64,000 nt of DNA from a virus (lineage: Duplodnaviria; Heunggongvirae; Uroviricota; Caudoviricetes): IMG/VR virus record IMGVR_UViG_3300037312_000757; one strand, given 5' to 3'. Below, in pieces: positions 9,545 through 19,053 of the stretch. Position numbers and translations under genes: made by a program. Below the pieces are notes generated by a model, which was not told where the DNA came from, did not search any database, and was given only the letters and a program-made list of their open reading frames with translations. Each line of letters begins with the position of its first letter. Positions within the stretch are counted from its first letter, which is position 1.

Positions 9545-9747
9545 TTGTTGAACAGCTCGCACAGCTTGCCGTTCAATTCAGAATCTGAGCTGGCTGTGAA
9601 TGTTGCGACATGAGTTGAATTTGCTACGGTACCAATTCGTGCTTCGAAATCAACGTTATTGAACGACTCAACGATGACAACCGTGCTGTCATCAGTGTTG
9701 CGGAAGATCGCGAAATTTTGGTCTACTGCCATATCAAAGTGATACAT
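9541..9747 (-). CDS. hypothetical protein
   Basis: ATGA coupling, AAGGA RBS. Confidence 0.6.
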   Translation of the reverse strand: MYHFDMAVDQNFAIFRNTDDSTVVIVESFNNVDFEARIGTVANSTHVATFTASSDSELNGKLCELFNK

Positions 9748-9772
9748 TTTATTCCTTGTGAATCTGCGCAAA

Positions 9773-9988
9773 TTACAGCATTGATGGGTCAACCCTGCGG
9801 ACTTGAAGTGCATGCACGTGCGCGTTCCAGTTGCCTTGATCAACGCCCATCGTCTGCATGTAACAGTTGTTCAACGGATCAAATACGACACCACCAATTG
9901 GTTCCCACAGCAAGCCAATCATGTTGTTGACATTCTCTTCGAGAGTGTCTGTGTTGCTTGCTTTTACGATTCGATATTTTGCGTACAT
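9773..9988 (-). CDS. hypothetical protein
   Basis: Short ORF. Confidence 0.55.
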   Translation of the reverse strand: MYAKYRIVKASNTDTLEENVNNMIGLLWEPIGGVVFDPLNNCYMQTMGVDQGNWNAHVHALQVRRVDPSML

Positions 9989-10024
9989 ACCATCCCCCAG
10001 AGCAATAGTCTAGCGCGGAATGGC

Positions 10025-10053
10025 AAGAAAGCCACCTTAGGGTGGCTTTCTTT
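10025..10053. terminator. intrinsic terminator hairpin
   Basis: aagaaagccacc-tta-gggtggctttctt. Confidence 0.7.
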
Positions 10054-10083
10054 TAACTTAACTGGAATCTAATATTGACTTTA

Positions 10084-11055
10084 TTAGTCAAGGTCGATCC
10101 CATCCTCGTTCCTTGATCTAAAATATTTTCTTAGAGCGTCGCGGAGTTCTGGTTTATTACCAACCAAGAAAGGCATACCATCCTTGTCGAATGCAATGTC
10201 AGTGCGTGGGTCGAACTTAGTTTCAACCAATGTTGCCCAACGTTCAACATAGTAGCGCTTCTTCTTGCTGCCGTGCCAATGGTGCATGAGTGTACCTGGA
10301 ACATACCCTACGTCCTTTTGGATGTGAGTATCGCACAGTGCTTGGAATTCGGCCGCCTTTGTACGGTAACCGATACCCATTTGTCCGTGGACGCCACTCC
10401 AAATATCACCAACAAAAGCCCAGGCCATATGGTGATCCCCGGCACCCATGGGACACCAGTCAATGAATTTCTTGATACCGTCCATTGCATCACGACGGAT
10501 TGCCCATGCGTAGCCCGCATGCCAGTACTCACCACCATATTGTGACATTGGAGGAACACCTTCCACGTAGCATGACAGGAATGAACGTGCTGGTTTGCCT
10601 ACGAGCTCGTGGTTAGGACCGAGGTCAAGTGAGTGGCTCCATGGCTGAACCACTTTGTAATGCTGCAGAGCTTCGATTGTTTCTTCTGCCCAATCAGGAC
10701 GTGAAAACTCAACGTCTGCATCAATCCATGCCGCATACTTCCAATCAGGATACTTTTCGTACAAATGTTGGAAACCACGGTTCATCATTGGCTCTTTGAG
10801 CCACAGTTCATACTCAGGACCACCGCGTAGCTGAACATGGTCTGGGTTGTTCATGTCCGTCACATCAAAAGGACGGTCGCCGAACGCGTGTTCTACAGTA
10901 ATGAGTTTTACATTCTCATGCTCTGCCATACGAGCGGCAAATTCTTCGTAAAGGCGGATACGGCTATCGTAGCGGACTGGGTTGCTGATTACAGCGACGA
11001 CATAAAGGGTCCGGCCATTATGTCCTTGGCTAACTTTCTGATCTCGGTGACTCAT
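10084..11055 (-). CDS. putative glycosyltransferase (GT-A-like)
   Basis: WIDAD DxD motif, GAGDHHMA, HHWHG; late-type promoter. Confidence 0.55.
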   Translation of the reverse strand: MSHRDQKVSQGHNGRTLYVVAVISNPVRYDSRIRLYEEFAARMAEHENVKLITVEHAFGDRPFDVTDMNNPDHVQLRGGPEYELWLKEPMMNRGFQHLYEKYPDWKYAAWIDADVEFSRPDWAEETIEALQHYKVVQPWSHSLDLGPNHELVGKPARSFLSCYVEGVPPMSQYGGEYWHAGYAWAIRRDAMDGIKKFIDWCPMGAGDHHMAWAFVGDIWSGVHGQMGIGYRTKAAEFQALCDTHIQKDVGYVPGTLMHHWHGSKKKRYYVERWATLVETKFDPRTDIAFDKDGMPFLVGNKPELRDALRKYFRSRNEDGIDLD

Positions 11056-11103
11056 TATTCTTCTTCTTTTGGGATGGGATTGGCGAGACGGACGTCTCAA
11101 ACG

Positions 11104-11111
11104 TATTTATA
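11104..11111 (-). promoter_or_regulatory. T4 late-like promoter TATAAATA
   Basis: Exact match upstream of 10084-11055; variants at 16515, 27912, 35592, 41255 (minus) and 36321 (plus). Confidence 0.6.
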
Positions 11112-11256
11112 AACTATTCTTTTAATTTTCCGCTCAACCAAGTATTAGAATACAGAAAAATTGTTACCAATTCAACTTTTCTAATATTAAGTTTTTGTTA
11201 CCAACCCCTTGCACAGCCAGAAGGCATAAGGCACTTTTGTAGTGCCTTTCATTTGA

Positions 11257-12429
11257 TTAGTCTGGGTTATTGGCGATAAAGTTATTCATTGCATTGTATG
11301 GCAACTGATTGGGCGTGCCATTAATCACCAAACCCCATGTTGTGTCACCGCTATCGAGCTCGTAATACATGATCGAATCAATGTTGTCCGTCTTCCTGTT
11401 CGCATAGTAGGACGACATCTTCTGCGTGATGTAGTCGGCTCTTGCTTGCTGCGTGACTTCAGGGTTGGCATTCCATTCAGTCAGCATGAAGGGTACACCA
11501 TACTTCGCCTTGCAGTATGCTGGTAAGTCAAAACCAGGACCGGCACCATCTGTGCCAATGTTGAAGATATCACCGTACACCTGGTAATTGTGCCATGTCG
11601 TGATATCCCAGCGAACGGTAGGATGGCCCGTTGAACCATCGGGTTGTGTACCATTCCACAATGCATCACTTGCCCCGATATCAGCCACGCAGAAATTGAT
11701 ACCACACTGCGCAGTAGGTTGAACTGACTTGACACCAGCCATCATACCACGCATCAAGCCGCGCATCAATGGCCAGTTCGCATTATTGAAGTCTTGGACT
11801 TTGCTACCTGCTTCTGCGGAGTTGAGGATCATCTGTGGGCGTCGTGTGAGTTCGTTGCCACATTCATACATGGTCACACCAAGAAGAGCTAATGCCTTTG
11901 CGGTTGATGACCCCCAGTTATACCCTTCATTGTATGCGGCTTGTTCGTTCACCCACAGGTTACCGTTTGAATCAACATAGTTGGGGTCGATACAGACGAA
12001 CAAAGTCTTGTCAGTGCCCTGGAATGCTTTAGCTAGGTTAGCAACTGCGCCGAGTGAATTGGTCAGATTTTCAACAGTGACGCGATAAGTTGTACAGCCC
12101 AGAGCAGTCATCATCGAGATAACTTGAGCCGGCGTGTACGTGTAATCGAAGTGTCCGTTGACACCGTAGAAGATTTTCTTCTTAGTGATTGATGATGACC
12201 CATTCGATGTGTTTGAGCCATGCGAGTTGGTGTTTGTAGGGGATGGTGAATTAGCACTAGCTGCGGATGTCGCCGATGCTGCCGAAGCTGGCACGGCTGC
12301 TCCTGTACTGCCTGTGGTTGCGGAACCAGTGTTGCCTGGTTGTGTTGGATCAGAACCACCACCACAAGCGGCTAGAATAGCGGTACCGAAGATAGTACCT
12401 GCTGCTGCGAGGAAATTACGTCGTTTCAT
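11257..12429 (-). CDS. lipoprotein with glycoside hydrolase (clan A-like) domain
   Basis: KRRNFL Tat-like signal, LAAC lipobox, S/T linker, GNEL and TEWN catalytic-type motifs. Confidence 0.7.
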   Translation of the reverse strand: MKRRNFLAAAGTIFGTAILAACGGGSDPTQPGNTGSATTGSTGAAVPASAASATSAASANSPSPTNTNSHGSNTSNGSSSITKKKIFYGVNGHFDYTYTPAQVISMMTALGCTTYRVTVENLTNSLGAVANLAKAFQGTDKTLFVCIDPNYVDSNGNLWVNEQAAYNEGYNWGSSTAKALALLGVTMYECGNELTRRPQMILNSAEAGSKVQDFNNANWPLMRGLMRGMMAGVKSVQPTAQCGINFCVADIGASDALWNGTQPDGSTGHPTVRWDITTWHNYQVYGDIFNIGTDGAGPGFDLPAYCKAKYGVPFMLTEWNANPEVTQQARADYITQKMSSYYANRKTDNIDSIMYYELDSGDTTWGLVINGTPNQLPYNAMNNFIANNPD

Positions 12430-12526
12430 ATTTTACTCCATAAACGGCAAGCCAATTTTAATATGGCAATGGAGTGGCAAACAGAAACTTGGTTGACTTT
12501 TACATTTTGTTGCGCCGGATGGCACG

Positions 12527-12552
12527 ATAGCTCACCAAAAGGTGAGCTATCA
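12527..12552 (-). terminator. intrinsic terminator hairpin
   Basis: gatagctcacc-aaaa-ggtgagctatc. Confidence 0.6.
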
Positions 12553-12556
12553 TATT

Positions 12557-12636
12557 AGGGGGCCACGGTGGGACTCGAACCCACAACCAACCACTAGCAC
12601 ATAGTGGGTCTCTAGCCAGTTGAGTTACGCAGGCCC
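12557..12636 (-). pseudogene. degenerate tRNA (loop ATGTGCT, His-like)
   Basis: T arm intact, acceptor imperfect, no CCA. Confidence 0.5.
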
Positions 12637-12643
12637 ATTGAAA

Positions 12644-12907
12644 TCAATCGAGTGTTAGAAGCTCTTTTTCAACAAAACCTGCAGATAGCAATGCTTGCTT
12701 TGCTGCATCATCAGTATCGAATGTATGTTCGTACATCGATTCAGTCAACTCATAGAGGCCATCAGGCAATGCTGCCTCAGTGTCTTCGTCAAGACCGTCA
12801 CCATCAAGACATTCTTCGTGCTCCCAGAAGTCTTTGCTTGCGATTGCGATGCAAGTACCAAACATCGGGTCAGTGTAAAGTTGAAAATAACCAATTGTCA
12901 TGATCAA
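12644..12907 (-). CDS. acidic hypothetical protein
   Basis: ORF between tRNA-like genes. Confidence 0.6.
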   Translation of the reverse strand: MIMTIGYFQLYTDPMFGTCIAIASKDFWEHEECLDGDGLDEDTEAALPDGLYELTESMYEHTFDTDDAAKQALLSAGFVEKELLTLD

Positions 12908-12924
12908 TGTCTCGTTGAATAAAC

Positions 12925-13048
12925 TGGAGCGTGGGGCAGGAGTCGAACCTACACTGTTTAACGAGCGTCCCCGTTAACTGACAGCTTCCGGATTGCTATC
13001 AAACTGGCCTCAGCGACCAGTGCCTCTAACCTCTTGGGCTACCCACGC
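12925..13048 (-). ncRNA. 124-nt tRNA-like RNA with two extra hairpins (loop CGCTGAG)
   Basis: Acceptor GCGTGGG/CCCACGC-T-CCA, D and T arms, ~50-nt variable region. Confidence 0.75.
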
Positions 13049-13200
13049 ATAAAACTGTTTTAGGTGATGGGCCTTGATACCCACTGTTCGTCGATGTGCC
13101 ACACTTCATTACGATAAAGGAGTGACTAGTTCCAAGTGTGATATGACCATACGCCTCGTCGTCCGCCATTTCCGGTCAAGGCTGGTGGGACCGTGAACAC

Positions 13201-13410
13201 TTAGTCATTTCGTTGCCGGTCCATCCCGGCTGCACCTAATTCGATACGTCTTCGAAAACTTGATACTTCACTTTCTGGCATTGCTAGAGTAAACACTCGC
13301 GCATCACCATGATAGTGATTCGAGCAAAGACCATCGTGATACTCTCGAACCTTGCATTCGTTTGTCCGACCGTCATAGCAGACGTGAACGTCGATGATCT
13401 TTGCTTCCAT
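13201..13410 (-). CDS. hypothetical protein
   Basis: Short ORF. Confidence 0.55.
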   Translation of the reverse strand: MEAKIIDVHVCYDGRTNECKVREYHDGLCSNHYHGDARVFTLAMPESEVSSFRRRIELGAAGMDRQRND

Positions 13411-13425
13411 GGCTTTACTGGAGCC

Positions 13426-13821
13426 TCACAGACGCTCTGGTTTATCAGGGACGATGTCGGAAAGCTTCAACATGATACGGTACTGTTCCCACGCTTCCTT
13501 TACACCTTCATGATCGGAGAGCTTTGTTGGGACCAAATCCATCCAAACATGGTCCTCGATGATTCTAACTGGCCTGGTACCAAAGTTGCGCGGTTGATGC
13601 AACCGACCCGTGGTCCACAGTTCCAAGCCGACTTCCTGGCACTTTTCTTCGTCGAGGTCCATCAGATAATGCGGAACGTACATATATTCGGCGATGACGA
13701 ACTTCATGTCTTCGGGTTCGGTCATGCGAGTGCGGGTGATGATTGCAACCACATCATTGATGTCAACATCACCTTTAACAATGTCGCGAATACAGCGTCC
13801 GAATGAGAAACCAATCTTCAT
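13426..13821 (-). CDS. hypothetical protein
   Basis: ATGA coupling. Confidence 0.7.
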   Translation of the reverse strand: MKIGFSFGRCIRDIVKGDVDINDVVAIITRTRMTEPEDMKFVIAEYMYVPHYLMDLDEEKCQEVGLELWTTGRLHQPRNFGTRPVRIIEDHVWMDLVPTKLSDHEGVKEAWEQYRIMLKLSDIVPDKPERL

Positions 13822-13976
13822 TTTTTCTTGCTCTTTTTCTTTGCCGCTTTCATGCCAAGCTTGATATACTTCTTCAAGAGCTTGCCATGATGGACATTTT
13901 CCTTGACCGCCTGCAGACGAATCTTTACATCAAGTTCTTCTGGCAGGTGGACGATATTCAGAACTACGTTTGCCAT
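13818..13976 (-). CDS. putative ribbon-helix-helix DNA-binding protein (52 aa)
   Basis: MANVVLNIVHLPEELDVKIRLQAVKENVHHGKLLKKYIKLG, basic tail; not in ORF track. Confidence 0.5.
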   Translation of the reverse strand: MANVVLNIVHLPEELDVKIRLQAVKENVHHGKLLKKYIKLGMKAAKKKSKKK

Positions 13977-13977
13977 G

Positions 13978-14106
13978 TTAAACGAAGAAAACCAACACCA
14001 AAAGAATCAACGGTACATAGACTAAGTCCGCACCATGACCGCTTGCAATTGCACCACCGATCGCTGCTGCTATGCCTGCTACTGCAATACCCGTACCGAT
14101 TGTCAT
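13978..14106 (-). CDS. small membrane protein
   Basis: Hydrophobic 42-aa ORF. Confidence 0.55.
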   Translation of the reverse strand: MTIGTGIAVAGIAAAIGGAIASGHGADLVYVPLILLVLVFFV

Positions 14107-14123
14107 CGTTTCTCTTCTTTGTT

Positions 14124-14201
14124 TGGAGCACAGGGAGGGATTCGAACCCCCGGCTTTACGGCTTTGCAGGCCGTTACTTTGGACCACTCAGTCACCTGTG
14201 C
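14124..14201 (-). tRNA. tRNA-Cys(GCA)
   Basis: Loop CTGCAAA, U73-CCA. Confidence 0.92.
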
Positions 14202-14258
14202 ATTAATCTGGTCTACATCTTGTTGCCAATTCTACACGACTGGCAACTAGCGTCAAGC

Positions 14259-14501
14259 TTACGAAACCAGTTCGCTGTTTGCTTTTCTGAACGTTTCCGC
14301 CAGCTGCGCATCGTCGATGTAAATTCGCAATTCCACCAACGCACTCATGCCGGCTTTCATTTCGAGAAACCATACACCTTCGCGTGGTTCACCCAGAACA
14401 GAGTTCATGAATACGACTTTCTTGGCGATGTCACGTTCACTGATGTACGTGTTGAAGCCAAACTTCGCCTTGCGCGGCTTGAATTCACCGTAGAGTGCCA
14501 T
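14259..14501 (-). CDS. hypothetical protein
   Basis: AGGA RBS. Confidence 0.6.
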   Translation of the reverse strand: MALYGEFKPRKAKFGFNTYISERDIAKKVVFMNSVLGEPREGVWFLEMKAGMSALVELRIYIDDAQLAETFRKANSELVS

Positions 14502-14523
14502 TTGATTTTCCTGAGGTTGAGAA

Positions 14524-14985
14524 TTAGACGCCTTGTAGTGCGAGATGATTGACGTTGACGCAGTCAATCAATTCGTCCCAGTGAACATCAGGATCGAAAC
14601 CAGCTTTGTCATCCAGCAAAATGCTGAAATAAAACTTCTGATCGAAGCAGCCAGTCTTCGTGTTCTTCTCGTCTGGGTTCTCGTTGAAGTAATGAACGTT
14701 GATACCGTTTTCAGCCATGAAGTCGATAATGGCTGGCTTCTCGTGATCATGACACGACGACCACAGAATGATTTTGCTTTCAGGGAGACTGGCGATTGTA
14801 CGGAGACCTTCGCGGGCAGCGGCATTGATGAACTCATAGCCACCATTTTCGTAGTTCGACTTGAGGCAAACACCATGCAGGTCGATTGCCCAGTAGATCG
14901 TGTCCCACTTGCGCTCGATCATTACTTCATAAGCGCGATTGATTGCTTTTGCGATCATAGCCATTCCAAAAGAAAAGAGTGCCAT
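14524..14985 (-). CDS. HAD-like phage protein
   Basis: WAIDLHG, ILWSS, LLDDKAGF. Confidence 0.6.
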   Translation of the reverse strand: MALFSFGMAMIAKAINRAYEVMIERKWDTIYWAIDLHGVCLKSNYENGGYEFINAAAREGLRTIASLPESKIILWSSCHDHEKPAIIDFMAENGINVHYFNENPDEKNTKTGCFDQKFYFSILLDDKAGFDPDVHWDELIDCVNVNHLALQGV

Positions 14986-15026
14986 ATTGTAGCACTCTTT
15001 TAGGATTGGCAAAACCAGTTTATTGC

Positions 15027-15278
15027 CTAGTAATCACCCCGTTCGTCTTGACGACCCAGTTGGCGATATTCGGTTTTGATTTCGTCGATGTAGTCGTCCA
15101 ACGTCAGCACGTGGTACTTGATCGACATCGTCGTACCCGGAATGACCTTCGACATTTCAGCAGCTTTGGCTTCAGCCTCAGCTTTGTCAGTGTAGATATT
15201 TTCAGTATCACCACTGATGCCATCGTACTGGCTGTACGTGACAAGGATAAACAGATCGCTTGCTGATACCGTGCTCAT
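15027..15278 (-). CDS. hypothetical protein
   Basis: ATGA coupling. Confidence 0.6.
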   Translation of the reverse strand: MSTVSASDLFILVTYSQYDGISGDTENIYTDKAEAEAKAAEMSKVIPGTTMSIKYHVLTLDDYIDEIKTEYRQLGRQDERGDY

Positions 15279-15838
15279 TGAATCTCCTTCAACTTTTCGA
15301 TGACCTTGTCCCAATGCAGATCGTACCGATGACCACCATCTGCCGTTTCCGTCAGCGACTTTGCGAAGGGAATGTTGCGCTTTGCAACAACGGAATCAAG
15401 CACGTCATCGTCAGCAGCGAGAAAAAGATCGATCAGCCCGCCGTTTTGTCCGTTTTCGATTTCGGCCTTCATCGCCTTCCATTTGGCGAGGAATTCTTCT
15501 TCGACCACAAAATCTTTACCAGTCGAATAATTCTTGTTCACACCAAGGCGAGCAACCATCGTAACGTCGGGTTCCGTGCTCGGGTTAACCAGCACGCAAG
15601 GAGCATCGAACTTGGTGGAGAAATAGTGTGCGTAGAATCCGCCGAGACTGGTGCCAACAAACACGATCGGATAATCTTCGTTTTCGCGAATGATTGTACT
15701 CACCACTTCGATCACTGCGTCGGGATCAATGGGAAGATCAGGGCTGATCACATGATCGTCACCAAACACGGCTTTGAGCGCCTGAGACTTTGCGCTATTG
15801 CCCGAACTTCCAAAACCGTGTAAGTAGATGACCTTCAT
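15275..15838 (-). CDS. YqiA/YcfP-family alpha/beta esterase
   Basis: YLHGFGSS, GTSLGG nucleophile elbow, GGHRY. Confidence 0.85.
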   Translation of the reverse strand: MKVIYLHGFGSSGNSAKSQALKAVFGDDHVISPDLPIDPDAVIEVVSTIIRENEDYPIVFVGTSLGGFYAHYFSTKFDAPCVLVNPSTEPDVTMVARLGVNKNYSTGKDFVVEEEFLAKWKAMKAEIENGQNGGLIDLFLAADDDVLDSVVAKRNIPFAKSLTETADGGHRYDLHWDKVIEKLKEIQ

Positions 15839-15901
15839 GCTCGACTCCCTCTTCAATTTCACAGTTTCATTATATGAACAACTGCGAGCGACGTCAAACG
15901 A

Positions 15902-16489
15902 TTATTTGGGGAGCTTAATGTTACTTGGCAATGTGTGAAGATCGACACCTGAGGCCACCAGCTTGGCCGCTGTGTCCTTGTCGAGATTCACAAAACCGTA
16001 GATGATTTTCGTATGGCGGTGACCTGAGATGAGTCGATCGTAATGGTAACCATCAGGATCAAGCTCCAGAATCTCCTTACCAGTCAACACATTAGCCAAC
16101 GTGTTAGGTACTGGCTGAGCACCAGACTTCTTCATTACATTTTCAGCTGGACCGCTTACCTCAGCCCAAGCACGTTGACGTTCAACGTCTTCGTCCTTCA
16201 TAAGCATGTAGTCGCGTTTGCCACGGCTCGAGCCGTCAGTACCACTCGCAATACTCTTTCGACCGTTCTGGTCTTTGTATAGCATGGCCGCGAACACATG
16301 GTCATCGCGAACGCAGAGTTTCCAGAGACCAGTCTTCTGGATCAACTCCTGTATGTTAGCGGCCGTGTGGAAGCCGCCAAGTTTTTCGTAACTGCGGACC
16401 ATGATAGCCCAAACTTGGTCCGCGTATTTTTCTTTGGAATTTACGTCGAAGGCATTGACGTAATGTTCAAACAGTTCTGAATAGCGCAT
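15902..16489 (-). CDS. hypothetical protein, probably late
   Basis: CATAAATA at 16515-16522. Confidence 0.7.
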   Translation of the reverse strand: MRYSELFEHYVNAFDVNSKEKYADQVWAIMVRSYEKLGGFHTAANIQELIQKTGLWKLCVRDDHVFAAMLYKDQNGRKSIASGTDGSSRGKRDYMLMKDEDVERQRAWAEVSGPAENVMKKSGAQPVPNTLANVLTGKEILELDPDGYHYDRLISGHRHTKIIYGFVNLDKDTAAKLVASGVDLHTLPSNIKLPK

Positions 16490-16580
16490 AACCCGCCTTT
16501 ATGTTATAGACGGTTATTTATGCGCTGGGGAGCGTTGCACTCCCCAACTGTTCATGAGATGAAAGCCTCAGCTGGTTGAA

Positions 16581-17096
16581 TTAGCAAGTCCGCTTGAGAA
16601 CAGTGCGCCAAGTCGTGGTGAACGGTGCTTCGACGAAATTGTCCTTCGTCCAGATCAGCGCGTTATTGCACCAGAATTCGAGGTTGGGATCGTGGATGTT
16701 GGTGGGTTCTGCTGGGGCGTCATCACCGGTCCAGGCAGACACGAAGAAACTTTCGTTGGGATTGCGACCCTTGCGCAGCACTACCGTGATAAGCGGCGTC
16801 AACGACGGAACTGCAATAGCGCAACGTGAGGGACGCTTGCGGTTGTGGCGCAATGCAAACAAGGTGGGTTGATCAAGGTCGACTACCGTAGCGGACACCC
16901 TACCGTTCAGGCCAACACTGCGGCCCATGTCAACGGTCCCCTTCCAGAACTTTTTGCCGTCACGCGCAACTGTCATCATACCGAAAGCTTCATGAAGAAT
17001 TTCATCGGCAATCGGGTGAGCTTTCATGTGCTCAACACCGGATTCGGTGATGATGATGCGGTGGTTATTTCTGGCAGGGAAAATACCTTTTTGCAT
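16581..17096 (-). CDS. hypothetical protein
   Basis: GGAGG RBS downstream of tRNA-Leu. Confidence 0.7.
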   Translation of the reverse strand: MQKGIFPARNNHRIIITESGVEHMKAHPIADEILHEAFGMMTVARDGKKFWKGTVDMGRSVGLNGRVSATVVDLDQPTLFALRHNRKRPSRCAIAVPSLTPLITVVLRKGRNPNESFFVSAWTGDDAPAEPTNIHDPNLEFWCNNALIWTKDNFVEAPFTTTWRTVLKRTC

Positions 17097-17114
17097 TACG
17101 TCACCTCCATGTTG

Positions 17115-17201
17115 TGGTACGGGTGATGGGATTCGAACCCACAATCCTCAAGGGCGGCAGATTTTAAGTCTGCTGTGTATTGCCATTTCCACCACACCCG
17201 C
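17115..17201 (-). tRNA. tRNA-Leu(TAA)
   Basis: Loop CTTAAAA, long variable arm. Confidence 0.92.
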
Positions 17202-17207
17202 ATTGAA

Positions 17208-17477
17208 TTAGAATGTGCGCTGGATGAGCGCATATGCGTCTGCTGCGCCAGTAGTGTACGCGATATTCAACAGACTAACAATTTGTGCCACATTGTCCTC
17301 GTGATCTCGTATTTCACGAATCTCGGTGTCCATGTAATAGATGTAATACTTATCGCCAACTGCCTCCCGCAACCACGATGGCAATCGCGACGGTTTCAGC
17401 TTAAAACTGTAAGGCTTGCCCAACGCACGGAATGTTTCCAATACGTCAAGGGGCATTTTGACGATTTCGCTCATCAC
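17208..17477 (-). CDS. hypothetical protein
   Basis: GAGG RBS. Confidence 0.6.
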   Translation of the reverse strand: MMSEIVKMPLDVLETFRALGKPYSFKLKPSRLPSWLREAVGDKYYIYYMDTEIREIRDHEDNVAQIVSLLNIAYTTGAADAYALIQRTF

Positions 17478-17637
17478 ATCCTCTAAGGTTTAAAGACGTA
17501 TGATGGTACGTGTAACAATATACTACGTCAATGTTACATCGTTGTGTGGCTGAGATATTAAAGGCCGCAATTGCGGCCTTTACATTTTGCTAATTGCTTA
17601 GTCGTTGATAATAAGCATGCGCAGATTTGCAAGATGA

Positions 17638-17925
17638 CTACGTGCGCCACGCACACCTTCGGGGGGCAGGCTTCAGACGCCATCCTGCAACTTCACGATC
17701 TTCGCCTTGCCCGCTGTAGTCGATGCTATCGACCACGAACACGATTTTGTCACCCGTGCGCTCTGAGATCAGCGTGATGCCCTCGTCACAAGCGTCGTCA
17801 TAAACGCGCCCAAACACAGGGCGACGGCTGCCTTGGCTAAGCGTCGAGATCTCCACCGTGAACAGCTTGTCCTTGAACGAGAACAGATCCGTCGAAAACG
17901 TGTAAGGGGTCAGCAGCATGTTCAT
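17638..17925 (-). CDS. hypothetical protein
   Basis: AGGAG RBS, palindromic promoter. Confidence 0.65.
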   Translation of the reverse strand: MNMLLTPYTFSTDLFSFKDKLFTVEISTLSQGSRRPVFGRVYDDACDEGITLISERTGDKIVFVVDSIDYSGQGEDREVAGWRLKPAPRRCAWRT

Positions 17926-17947
17926 CTCTCCTTGTTGTCTACCATGT

Positions 17948-17981
17948 TTCAAATGATAGCTTCACTTGAAGGTGAATGCAA
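17948..17981 (-). promoter_or_regulatory. sigma70-like promoter with palindrome
   Basis: TTGCAT-N17-TATCAT; TTCAAGTGA-N5-TCATTTGAA. Confidence 0.75.
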
Positions 17982-18004
17982 GCACTATTTGACAACCAGA
18001 TCGG

Positions 18005-18271
18005 TTATGAAACTTGCTGATCTCTGCGCAGAGCAGTTGAACGACGCTTTGTCCAATTGTAGCCAGGTTCAACGTCACTTGCGCCCATCTTACCAACACA
18101 GTTCGGGTTCTCCGAAACCATACCGACGAACGCAATGCCTTCGCCTGCATGTTGGCGCTTGCGCAGGTCTTCCATGAACTTGAGCGCTTCGCTCATTTCG
18201 TTTGATTCAAAGCTTTCGCTTTTTGCTTCTACAGCCCCAGTCACATTCTGGGACCAATACACCATATACAT
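18005..18271 (-). CDS. hypothetical protein
   Basis: ORF. Confidence 0.65.
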   Translation of the reverse strand: MYMVYWSQNVTGAVEAKSESFESNEMSEALKFMEDLRKRQHAGEGIAFVGMVSENPNCVGKMGASDVEPGYNWTKRRSTALRRDQQVS

Positions 18272-18390
18272 ATTGATCTCTTTTTGTCTTTAGATATGTT
18301 CATTCTATTTAAACAATCACTTGAGATCAACAAGTATTTGAATGGCAAAAGAGGACCAAGCGGTCCTCTGTGCATCAGATGCAGTCGTGC

Positions 18391-18639
18391 TTAGTGACTG
18401 CTATCGGCTTCTTCGACGAACTGAATACGGATAATCATGTCATCCTGATCGAGATACGCGAATTTTTCCGCTTTGTTGAGCGTCAGGTTTTCCGTCACCG
18501 CGCCGACCATGTCAGTGTCACCATCGAAGAATGTGTCGAGGATCTCACCAACAACCTCGTCTGTGAGATCAGACCCGGTATCGATGTAATCAATCGCGGT
18601 TGCAGGCTTGCCAGGTGTAATCATTACAAAACGAAACAT
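18391..18639 (-). CDS. acidic hypothetical protein
   Basis: GGAGG RBS. Confidence 0.65.
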   Translation of the reverse strand: MFRFVMITPGKPATAIDYIDTGSDLTDEVVGEILDTFFDGDTDMVGAVTENLTLNKAEKFAYLDQDDMIIRIQFVEEADSSH

Positions 18640-18693
18640 TCTTACCTCCGTTGTTCACCAGGTCTCACACAATATGACAACATTTGCTTGAGG

Positions 18694-19053
18694 TCAACCT
18701 TTGTTTTCGCTGTTCTTTCCAATATGAAAACCGTCACAGCGCATACATTTGTAATTGCTGAAATAGACACCACGTTTCTTCGCCATAGCGGCGGCAGCTT
18801 TCTGCGCACTGGATTTTGAGCCATAGCTGATCTTTGGCTTACCATCTACGTTCTCATGCGATCGACGAGAAAGCAAACCGAAGACATGGCCCTTCAAAAG
18901 GTTACGGACTAGCCGACGCCACGGCAGCTGGTCCTTTAAAGCCAGGTAAATATTTTTGACTTTTAACAATGCAATACCTTGATAATGAAATCGTGAATCT
19001 GGGAGGCGTGAACGCAAGTCTCGCGATCCCAGTTGGATTCGTTGATAACCCAA
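18694..19053 (-). CDS. hypothetical protein (true start probably near 18970)
   Basis: C-terminal YKCxxCDGFHIG. Confidence 0.55.
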   Translation of the reverse strand: MGYQRIQLGSRDLRSRLPDSRFHYQGIALLKVKNIYLALKDQLPWRRLVRNLLKGHVFGLLSRRSHENVDGKPKISYGSKSSAQKAAAAMAKKRGVYFSNYKCMRCDGFHIGKNSENKG

